A program made the translations under genes and the position numbers. The notes beneath the pieces were generated by a model, which was not told where the DNA came from, ran no database searches, and saw only the letters and a program-made list of their open reading frames with translations. From the NCBI GenBank assembly GCA_043228905.1, contig JBHGNT010000516.1, positions 1 through 21,884 of the forward strand: a DNA stretch of 21,884 nt. The letters are read 5' to 3'. Origin of the DNA: Azolla caroliniana. Taxonomy: Eukaryota; Plantae; Polypodiophyta. This document shows positions 9,311 to 18,800 of the stretch, one piece after another; the stretch's first letter is position 1, and the number at the start of each line of letters is the position of its first letter.

Positions 9311-9498
9311 AACGAAAAGAATTCATAGGCTATATTGTAGATAAGAGGGGATGCAACACTACCTAAGAGAATAATACATAAGCATGTGAGGTAATGCCCA
9401 ATGGTGATTGGTTGTAATTGGCAACTTTGAGTAATAAAAGTGATATTTAGTCCATATTGTCTAGAGAGAGAGAAGGTTGTGTAACCAAGGATGGACAT

Positions 9499-9872
9499 CC
9501 CATTCGAGGGAGCCTTATTGGTACACTTATGTGTTGCTTGTAGGTTGTGACAATAAACTAATTTCATTATCTAACTCTCATGCTCTAGGTTTGTTGAAAC
9601 TAGCAAGAACTTGTTGGAGGTCAAAATTAATGCCTATGATTGCTCAATTGCCAAGGCTTAACAAGTTAACTACATGGCCTTTGCTCCCATTCTAAGAGCC
9701 TTATTGGTACTCTTATGTGTTTCTTGTCAATTGTGACAAGAATCTAATTTCGTTATCTAGCTCTCATGCTCTATGCTCTAGGACCGTTGAAACTAGCAAG
9801 AACTTGTTGTAGGTCAAATGCATGTGATTGCTCAATTGCCAAGGCTTAACAAGTTGACCGCATGGTGTTTGC
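9499..9872. repeat. 187-bp tandem duplication (2 diverged copies)
   Basis: Copies start CCCATTC at 9499 and 9686 and share GAGCCTTATTGGTAC, GTTGAAACTAGCAAGAACTTGTTG and TGATTGCTCAATTGCCAAGGCTTAACAAGTT. Confidence 0.93.
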
Positions 9873-9889
9873 ATGGATCTCTCTTTCTA

Positions 9890-10584
9890 ATGAAACAATC
9901 GTGTAGTATTGCTTCTTTGAGAATGTATTGGGTCATCTCAATAATGGTCACATTATGATGTTTCATTCTTTTCTAACGATATACACTCCTCAAACTTATT
10001 TGAAAAACATCATAATCAATTTGAAGACATTTCACCTTCAAGCCTAACTCCTCTACCATATGATGCCACTTGACCAATCCATCAAAAACTTTGAGCAATC
10101 GTCACCACCATTGCTTCCACTCGAATCTCCACCTCTACAACACTTGTTTTTATTTGCATCTATTATTTAATAAAAAGAGCAAAACCTTTGTAGCTCTGAT
10201 ACCATGTTAATTATTGCGTGGAAACAATGGATGTACCCACAAATATTGGATATAGAGAACAAAATGGTGAAGGCAATTTATAGCATAGCGTTAAAGGTGA
10301 TTAGAGTGGAGGGCATCATACAATGAGAGTTGTAGCTTACATACTTCGAAGTGAGGATATACAAATTTCAAGTCAAAGGTGCAAGGAAGTCCCCAAGGCT
10401 AACCCAACTACTATATTAAATGTACTACTATCTTCATTGACCACGCTTGATAAGATTTTTGACAGATATTATGTTTCCGCATTGTGGTTTCAATACATAC
10501 ATAAATGTATGTGTGTGAATATGTTTTGTGAAAGGTATTCCATTCTAGGGAGCTTCAATCTATATGTAGCAACGCTTATTAACA
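9890..10584 (-). mobile_element. Internally deleted copia remnant 3 (5' LTR 10205-10584, Met PBS 10193-10204, integrase relics)
   Basis: LTR termini TGTTAAT...ATTAACA and a perfect PBS TGGTATCAGAGC. Minus-strand peptides KWHHMVEELGLKVKCLQID (~10010-10071) and TIIEMTQYILKEAILHDCF (~9892-9950) resemble the copia integrase core. Confidence 0.78.
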
Positions 10585-10763
10585 AAATTGTTGTGAGCTT
10601 TACTAAAAGGGTATGCTAAACTAGATCATAAAAATTAGGAGGATATGAGATTATGAAAATATTAAAGGTGTCATTTACAAAACTTGCTTCATTGATTAAG
10701 ACTTAATGAAAAATACATCAACTATAATCCATTAAGTAGGCATCGGTTAATGGATAAATTTTG

Positions 10764-10910
10764 CATGGCCTATGGCTAATGATGAAGACAAACACGAAAT
10801 ATTAATGTTCTAGTTATGACTCTCTTTCTCTCTTACATGGCCTATGGCTAATGATGAAGACAAATACAAAATATTAATGTTCTAATTATGACTCTTTTCT
10901 CTCTTGCATG
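10764..10910. repeat. 72-bp tandem duplication
   Basis: CATGGCCTATGGCTAATGATGAAGACAAA... at 10764 and 10836, near-identical. Confidence 0.93.
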
Positions 10911-10975
10911 TACTTCCTTGCAAAAAAAATCTTTAAGAAACATCCTCTTCCCACAACTATTTAGATTTTTCTATC

Positions 10976-11630
10976 TTTTTTTTTTCCAAAAAGATTTCCT
11001 TCATTAGTATTAAGAAAAAACGTCGTAAGGCTACAAACTGTACAATTAGAGAGTGTTATATACAAAAAGGATAATCAGGGGAAGGGCCAGGGATGATGAT
11101 ATTTCCAGATAGGTCCTTGAGAGGAGACCGTGAATAGAGGCAACTTCCTCCTTCCTTTTCTTAAGAACAACCTCCGAAGGGCCCGACATATTGTCATATT
11201 GCCCACACACTACCGCCAATAAGTTGTCCCATAATTCTAGCAATATATCTAAGAGAAGGGAAATTATAGAATCATATCGTCTTTTACACCGATATTTCCA
11301 TAATGTCCATAATGTAACTGTGGATACTGTTTTCCATACATGGGTTGCACACATTTGCTTTCGAGGTTGCTAAAAAGGGGAGACAGATATTAGATGCCTA
11401 TTGACAACTGTCTTAGCCTCTAGAGCATCATCTGCCTCATACAATAAGAGACTGGAATGGAGAACCCCCCATACCGTTGATCCCCAAGAGAATAGGCAAC
11501 CTACATTAATTGTTAGGAATAAAGAAAGAACTTTATTCCATACTTGTTGGGCTATTGAACAGGACCATAGAGCATGCTTGGTAGTTTCGCGTGTCACAAC
11601 GAAACACATACGTAGTGGTAGTTTTTGTGA
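10976..11630 (-). mobile_element. Second LINE 3' fragment (zf-RVT and C-terminus with poly(A) tail)
   Basis: RETTKHALWSCSIAQQVW, FSWGSTVWG and VWKTVSTVTLWTLWKYRCKRRY parallel the first LINE's WSTISTLVVWVLWKARCKRVF. T10 run at 10976-10985. 5' edge approximate. Confidence 0.85.
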
Positions 11631-14176
11631 ACCGTGACATTATCTTGAGATCTGCTTATAGCCAAATACATTCTATCAAAAGTGTTATGTTGCTACCATC
11701 GAGTAAATCACATTCATTGTAATTTACAAGAAATTTTGGCCCTTGAATATATTTGGGGATTTTGGGTGTGTTTTTTTGCTTATAATGTGGATTATATTAA
11801 TTTAAATTGCTTAAATAATCTGACAACCTCTTAACACAAAGGGGGACTTCACCCATATTCATATTCAGCTCTTATGTCCTACTCCTTTTTTAACGAAAGT
11901 GTCCAATCCATCCCCTTCTTTTCACGAGAAATTATAGTTTTTGAAGTGAATAGAGTAGAAATTTATTTGAATGTGATTATCGAATACAATTCCACCATAA
12001 AAGGCATGATGCCCCAATCTTGTAGTATATTATATGACTACACAAAAACCAATGTGTACCTCTCTCAATTCCGATCAATTTCTCTCTCAAGTTGAGACAA
12101 AATTTTGATAGGAAAGGCTTGTATAACACTGAGGTCTAAGACAATTCATCACACCAAACTCATAGTCAATGATCACATTTCAACGATACATTAATCTCAT
12201 TGTGTCACGACTCACCCATCCTTCAAATTGCCATTTATGACAGTATGCTAAAAACAATTTTTTCATTAGAATATGCAACAACTTTAAAAGATTATTTGAA
12301 GACAATGAATAATATATGCAAACATATTATATAAATGGCAACTTGTGTTATTATTCACATCCATCTTGATTAAAGTCTTTAATCATGTCACAAATGAATA
12401 AGATATTACGAACGTGATTTTTGCATTATTGTATATTAGAAGCTTCAACAAAATAATGGTCAATCTTCCCCTCTAAAAACTTGTATGTACATATTATCGA
12501 AATTAATGCAATGCATAAACATTCTTAGAAAGCTCTAGAGCATTATACATTATCACATTCCAACCACAATAATAATGTACTAGATGGCAATGGGGAATAT
12601 AAGACGTGTGCAAATTAGATTACTCAATGATATAATAAAAGAATGGAAACATTCCAATTTTTGTCAAGTGGGTTGACAGATAATTCACATAATTAGATTT
12701 TGTGAAACTAGAACGTGCATAAGATACTTTTGATGAGGTGTTTATCAAAATCATGAAATCCCCATGAAGCAAATATGGTGGATATCTTTTTGATAAGTGC
12801 ATTAAAAAATGTGTCATGTGTGTGCAATGGAATCCTTTAATAAATAAGCATGCAATCATCAATATAACTTAATTAGCAACAATTTCAATACAAGAAAAAG
12901 GACATGATATGTGATTCTTTTGAATGATTAATTTTGCACACATTGAACTACAATTAGTGGACGATCATGTGTCTTATTTTGATAAATCATGGCACATATT
13001 CAACATCCTATCTAGAACTTTGATTAGTAGTGCCTTTCCTAGGTGATCTAACCGAGGCCACTTGACAATTCATAGCTTAATAGATAAAAGCATGGTTTGT
13101 TAGAGGATTCCATGCTCCATGTTTCAAATTGTTTGAAGGTTAGAGAAGCAAACACGAGAATTTACTTACCCATCTCTATTTGAATGGGGCAAGATACGAT
13201 CCTTAGTTGTGTGCAACCTAATATTTTTCCATGATGTTGAGTAGATATGTGAAATAACTACATACTTGCTTTCTTTTTCTATTTAATAGCATCTCTCAAA
13301 GATGCAATTCAATGTCCTAGTTAATACATGCATCAATGTACGAGTAGCCTGTAAATAGTTTTTTTTACTGTTTGTGTATTTTCGTGTCTAGTTTTCTTAT
13401 GTCAAATAGAACCTATTGTACCAGAGTGAAACATTTTCTTGTTGTATGCGTAGTTTATTGGTTTACTAATGAAAGTTGCAATCAAGAGTGTAGGAATAGA
13501 TATGGATTGACCATTTGGGGAAGGCAAAACTCAAAAGGGAATGAAATTCGAGCATTGTAGTAGAGTGTGATACTCAAACTCACCAACTATCTAAGAGGAA
13601 ATGTGCATAATGGATGAGTCTCCACGCATATACCCTAATGATCATCTCACATCAAAGAGAAATAGAGAGAACTTGTGTGGAAGCAATGGTGCGGATGGTG
13701 TACCATGGGATGAGTTGTAGCATGCATGGTGAGTGCAGTTTGCATGATAAGAGAATACTATGATTTTGTAGTTTGGTGCAACATCTGCATTCTTAATGTG
13801 TGGAATGGGTCTTCCACATGTCTTTGTGTTGTGACACGCTAGTAGTGTACAAAATCTTCATTCATTGCAGAATTTATCAAGGCATTATGATATGAAACAA
13901 GTTAATACACCCAATCTTCCTAACCATTTGGCTGTATCTCACAACTATCCAAAACTCAAAAAATGTGCTTTTTGTGTATCTTTTGAATTCTTATTTTATT
14001 TTCCTTTCATATGTAATTCTTGGAAGACAATGTGGGGCTTTACTTTTAAACTTGAACACATATTGAACAATCCTTTTCATGCAGATGATCTCAACAGGAA
14101 GTAAATAGCCTCGAGGAGTAATAGGACACATGATCTTGACTTTGGAAAAAGCTTTTTGGATACCATTTCCAAGCAG

Positions 14177-14179
<3 letters not shown>

Positions 14180-14225
<46 letters not shown>
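14180..14225. repeat. (GA)n microsatellite
   Basis: About 23 perfect GA units. Confidence 0.95.
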
Positions 14226-14228
<3 letters not shown>

Positions 14229-14921
14229 CATTATTGATATTAGAGGTCAACGAAGACCCATGGGACCAAAAGTGAACCACTTTCACATAGTAACTCTCTC
14301 CCTCGAGAGAGATAGGGACAAATTACATGTCACTACTTATGGAAGAAGGATAGAGATAGAGAGAGGTTTCAAAGTCAACAGAAATAGAGCACCCCATCTA
14401 CACTCTATCTTACTCTTTTCAAACCATGAATTGGTAGGACAAAATGTTTTGGGAATGAAAATTTACATGCCAATAAACTTTTCAAGCAAAACCCAAATGA
14501 ACGCCAAATCATTTTCGTAGGTGAAAAGTTAGGAGAACCAACTTAAACTTTCGTGCCCCAATAATAAACCTCACCTACCACAACTACCTACACTTCCCCT
14601 TCTCTCTCTCCCTCCCTCCCTCTCTCTCTTCCACCCTTCTTTTGGTGGCCTAATAGATGATAAAACATCATAGTAAACATTTGACTTTGATTGGTTTTCT
14701 GACTATAATAAACCCGACTACCTACGATCAAGTATCTGCGGGGCGACGCAAGGGAGGTAGTAGGCAAGAGTTGCGGAGAAAGGTAAAAAGAAAAGAAAAT
14801 GAAAGAAAAAAGAGTGCAAAGATAAGAATTCGGCATGTATCCATTGGATCATGTGTCTGGAATGCAGGTGTTGGGGGGTGGGGAGGGGGGTGCAAATGGA
14901 CGACCGTGCGGGCGGACAGAT

Positions 14922-15100
14922 GGAGACTTCCGGAAGCTGCAAGGCCTTTCGATTGTGTGTACCGAATGCAGGTGTTGATGGGGGTGTATGAATGGAGGGA
15001 CGAGGTGCGGACATTTGGGGGGGGGGGGTGTGTGCGTGCAAATGGGCAGGTGGGCGGATGGATGGGCGGGCACGGGCACACGGAAACTTCCGGAAGCTGC
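14922..15100. promoter_or_regulatory. Two copies of a heat-shock-element-like motif upstream of the SAC gene
   Basis: GGAGACTTCCGGAAGCTGC (14922-14940) and GGAAACTTCCGGAAGCTGC (15082-15100). The second contains a perfect GAAnnTTCnnGAA. Confidence 0.5.
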
Positions 15101-15333
15101 GAGTCCTGGCAAAGGAAAATAATGATTGGATGGATGGAGCAAATGATTTTCTTTGGGTTTTCACAATCTATCTAATGATTTGTCTGCCTCTCTGTTCTGT
15201 TCTGTCTCTGTCCATATCTCTGCTTTTGACTTGGGGTTAATTTTTATTTATATTTATTTTTGTACACAGAGAAATCAATGAAAACCAAACCCACTTGCTT
15301 AAACTCAAAAACCATGGCCATGGCCTCTCCCCT

Positions 15334-15428
15334 AGAATCAGAATCAGAATCAGAATCAGAAGAAGAAGAAGAAGAAGAGGAAGGAGAAGACAAACCTTGA
15401 ACTCCTCATTCCTCCTCCTCCTCCTCCT
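15334..15428. repeat. Compound microsatellite (AGAATC)n-(AGA)n-(CCT)n in the probable 5' leader
   Basis: Read directly from sequence. Confidence 0.85.
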
Positions 15429-15713
15429 TCTGATCTCTCCTCCATCCCAGAGCCATGGCCTTAAGCTATGAAGCAGTAATAAGAACAATAAGGACTGTTT
15501 TCCATAGAATCAGACTTCTTTAACAAGAACCCCTCATTTTTATTTCCATGAAGAAGAAGACCCCTTTCTAGCGTTCTCGCAGAAGGTGAAGATAGATCCT
15601 ACGACCCATTTCCACCCTCTCACAGATTCAGCAGAAGAATTACAAAAAAATAAATCCCATTGCATTATTCATTTCATCCATTTCTCACACAATAGAAACA
15701 GAGAAGAGCCAGA

Positions 15714-15812
15714 ATGATGAACCAGTCGAGTTTGAGTCAGGAGGTATCACATCCAGCCTTGGAATCCAGTGGTTATTTTCCCAACGAATTCAATCTCTTC
15801 AAAACAGAGCAA
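15714..15812 (+). CDS. FIG4: SAC-domain phosphoinositide phosphatase (FIG4/AtSAC1-5 type), coding exon 1
   Basis: MMNQSS...NEFNLFKTEQ, then donor GTAATT at 15813. FNLFKT matches the family F.LYET motif. Phase 0 fits exon 2. Confidence 0.75.
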
Positions 15813-15814
15813 GT

Positions 15815-15818
<4 letters not shown>

Positions 15819-15856
<38 letters not shown>
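15819..15856. repeat. (CT)n microsatellite at the start of intron 1
   Basis: About 19 perfect CT units, 6 nt after the donor. Confidence 0.95.
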
Positions 15857-15862
<6 letters not shown>

Positions 15863-16945
15863 AGTGGCCATTCCATATATTGCTGAGAATTTTAATGGAA
15901 TTATTGTTTGAGAAGGTTAATGGTGTTATTTTGTCCAAGGGAAATGGATAGTTTGTGGCAAGTTTATGCCTTTATTCTTGCAAGACATTTTTTTGGCTTG
16001 CTCAGTGAGAAGATGATATTCCATCATTTGTCTCTTTCAACAAGTCAAGGTTTAATTCACTCTTGATTTCTCTCATCTTCCACATGTAGTTCTCAAATTT
16101 CTTTCTTTCTCTGTGATTGTTGAAATTATAAGGACAAGGCATGTTGCAAACTGTCCCACCTTTTTCTCAAGACATTTTTGAATACCAAAAAATGATCATA
16201 GAATCAAGAATGGCGCTATTGCGGCGACACATAAGGCATAAGCTACAACTTTCCATGATGATGATAATGAAGGTAGAAAATCACCATGGGAAATCTAGTA
16301 TCATAAGTTACAATAATAGAATATGTTCATGTGATGCAAGCGGTTTAGGAGCAGGGAAATCAAGCAAAAACTGATGCAAAGAAAGACACAAGGAAGTATA
16401 TATGCTAAGTAGGTCTTCGACTTGAGGGCTTCCTTATTCAGAGTCAGCAAAGCATGCGTTGATTTAGGAATTAACCACCAACATAGATATGAGGAAAATG
16501 CAAGTCAACTCCAAATGATCTTGCTATTTAACCCTCATACAAAATCTATTTCTGAACAAGAGCAAGCAGAAATGCATCCGAAGATAATGGTGTTGTTTTT
16601 GCTACCATACTATTGAAGTGGAGCTGTCGTACTATAACACCACCCAGTTAATGTGCTCTATAATGGTTGCTTACAATGGGCATTGATAGATTTCTCGTGG
16701 GGTGTATTTATTGCCTCTGAGTTGTCACAATTCCTCAAATGTTCTCAGGTTTCAGATATGAAGTGACAAACTATGTCTGTATTTCTGTCACTTCTTGAAT
16801 GTGACTAATTCCATTGAAACTCTATTTTTCTATGTCACGAGGCTGGTAGGATGTAAGATTTGGCGTTCTTTGATTCCACCTATATCTAACTTGTAATGAG
16901 GAATCTAAGATCTGATTTAATGGTGTTATGATGCACACATCACAG

Positions 16946-17132
16946 AATTTCTACCTGTTTGGAACTGACAAAAACAAAGTTCATTGGAGAATTCTAAGAA
17001 TAGACAGATCAGAACTGTCGACAGTCAAAGTGTACGAGGACCCAACTGTTTATACAAATTCAGAGTACAGGGACCATGAACATAAAATTTATGATGGACT
17101 AAAATTTGTTACTAAGGCATATGGGATTGTTG
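16946..17132 (+). CDS. FIG4: SAC phosphoinositide phosphatase, exon 2
   Basis: CAG| NFYLFGTDKNKVHWRILRIDRSE...GLKFVTKAYGIV G|GTGAGT; 187 nt. Confidence 0.92.
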
Positions 17133-17238
17133 GTGAGTGCTTTTCCCTTTTGACTATCTGATTTATTCTGTTAAAAGTAAAATTTACTTTAGATTTTGTA
17201 TGCAATATCGGAAGGCTTACATATTTCTGTTGCTGTAG

Positions 17239-17404
17239 GTTTTGTTAAATTCTTGGAGCCATATTACATGGTTCTTATAACAAAGCGTCGACTGCTTGGC
17301 AACATACAAGGACATGACATATATGGAATTGATGAAAGCCAGCTAATAACAGTTCCTCATTCTTCTTTATTGACGAAACTCACTCATTCAAATGAGGAAA
17401 ATAG
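17239..17404 (+). CDS. FIG4: SAC phosphoinositide phosphatase, exon 3
   Basis: TAG| (G)FVKFLEPYYMVLITKRR...GHDIYGIDES...EEN(R) |GTTGTC; 166 nt, phases consistent. Confidence 0.93.
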
Positions 17405-17497
17405 GTTGTCTACACTTCCTCAAAGTTATGCATATGTTGTGGATTTGTTGAATAGAGTTATTGAAAGTCATGTGTATCTTTTCAACATCTTTTACAG

Positions 17498-17720
17498 GTA
17501 TAAGAGGCTGTTCAGTTCAGTTAATCTTTCAAAGGACTTCTTTTACAGTTACACCTATAGAATTATGTGGAACTTGCAAAGAAACATGAGCATAAAGGAA
17601 GTAGAGCCCATGCCTTATGATGATATGTTTGTTTGGAATTCATTTATGTCTCAAGAATTCCGGAATGAGGTTAAAAGCACACTTTGGACAGTTGCATTAG
17701 TTTATGGATTTTTTTATCAG
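17498..17720 (+). CDS. FIG4: SAC phosphoinositide phosphatase, exon 4
   Basis: TTTACAG| YKRLFSSVNLSKDFFYSYTY...MFVWNSFM...WTVALVYGFFYQ |GTAACA; 223 nt, SAC domain motifs. Confidence 0.94.
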
Positions 17721-18600
17721 GTAACACTACATATTTTCTCTGCACATTTTCCCTGGATAGTGTCATGTTATATGTTGCATGTTTGTGCTGGATAGTTGAC
17801 ATTCTGAATTAGTTATGGGAAAATATTTCTTTGGATGTGGTTCACCATAGTTCGAGGAAGTAGAGCCCATGCCTTATGATGATATGTTTGTTTGGAATTC
17901 ATTTATGTCTCGAGGTTAAAAGCACACTTTGGACAGTTGCATTAGTTTACGGATTTTTTAATCAGGTAACACTGCATATTTTCTCTGCACATTTTTCCTC
18001 GATAGTGTCATGTTATATGTTGCATGTTTGTGCTGGCTAGTTGGCATTCTGAATTAGTTATGGGAAAATATTTCTTTGGATGTGGTTTGCCATATTCAAG
18101 GAAGTAGAGCCCATTTTTCCTCGATAGTGTCATGTTATATGTTGCATGTTTGTGCTGGCTAGTTGGCATTCTGAATTAGTTACGGGAAAATATTTCTTTG
18201 GATGTGGTTTGCCATATTCAAGGAAGTAGAGCCCATTTTTCCTCGATAGTGTCATGTTATATGTTGCATGTTTGTGCTGGCTAGTTGACATTCTGAATTA
18301 GTTACGGGAAAATATTTCTTTGGATGTGGTTTGCCATATTCAAGGGAGTAGAGCCCATGCCTTATGATGATATGTTTGTTTGGAATTCATTTATGTCTCG
18401 AGAATTTCGGAATGAGGTTAACAGCACACTTTGCACAGTTGCATTAGTTTATAGATTTTTTAATCAGGTAACACTACATATTTTCTCTGCACATTTTTCC
18501 TGGATAGTGTCATGTTATATGTTGCATGTTTGTGCTGGATAGTTGACATTCTGAATTAGTTACGGGAAAATATTTCTTTGGATGTGGTTCGCCATAGTTC
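17596..18600 (+). repeat. Five-unit tandem amplification of the exon 4 3' half, donor site and intron start
   Basis: Units starting AGG(A/G)AGTAGAGCCCAT at 17596, 17855, 18099, 18221 and 18343, of about 259, 244, 122, 122 and 258 bp. Confidence 0.95.
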
Positions 18601-18800
18601 TATACATGGCAATCGATAATGTAAAAGATGTGAAGTTCGTCCCCTCAAAACACACGAGCAGGTGTTCTTCCACTAGTAGCAAAAAACAAAACATTTTATA
18701 CTAGCTCTGTTTTTGTTCTCTGTCCAGCAATTATCTTTCATAGTAGTACTGAAGTAGCCTCTATAAACGTGAAAGGTGTTGGAGAATGTGGATAAGAAAA

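Noticed and set aside
6073-10584. LTR 6073-6431 and LTR 10205-10584 as the two ends of one element
   Set aside because: Orientation fits, but by eye the sequences and termini do not match beyond a vague similarity at one end. LTR 5219-5684 does not match either of them.
11700-14100. Short ORFs and small hairpins in the AT-rich intergenic region
   Set aside because: No recognisable motifs. Lengths are compatible with chance.
14517-14578. Inverted repeat GTAGGTGA/TCACCTAC as a MITE
   Set aside because: Only 8 bp, with no convincing target duplication.
14588-15488. Cluster of overlapping ORFs on both strands
   Set aside because: Products of low-complexity G-rich and microsatellite sequence, with no domain or splice support.
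17596-18600. Repeat array as CRISPR-like or as a second SAC gene (ORF 18324-18542)
   Set aside because: The units are direct copies of the exon 4/intron 4 junction and contain only a partial exon.
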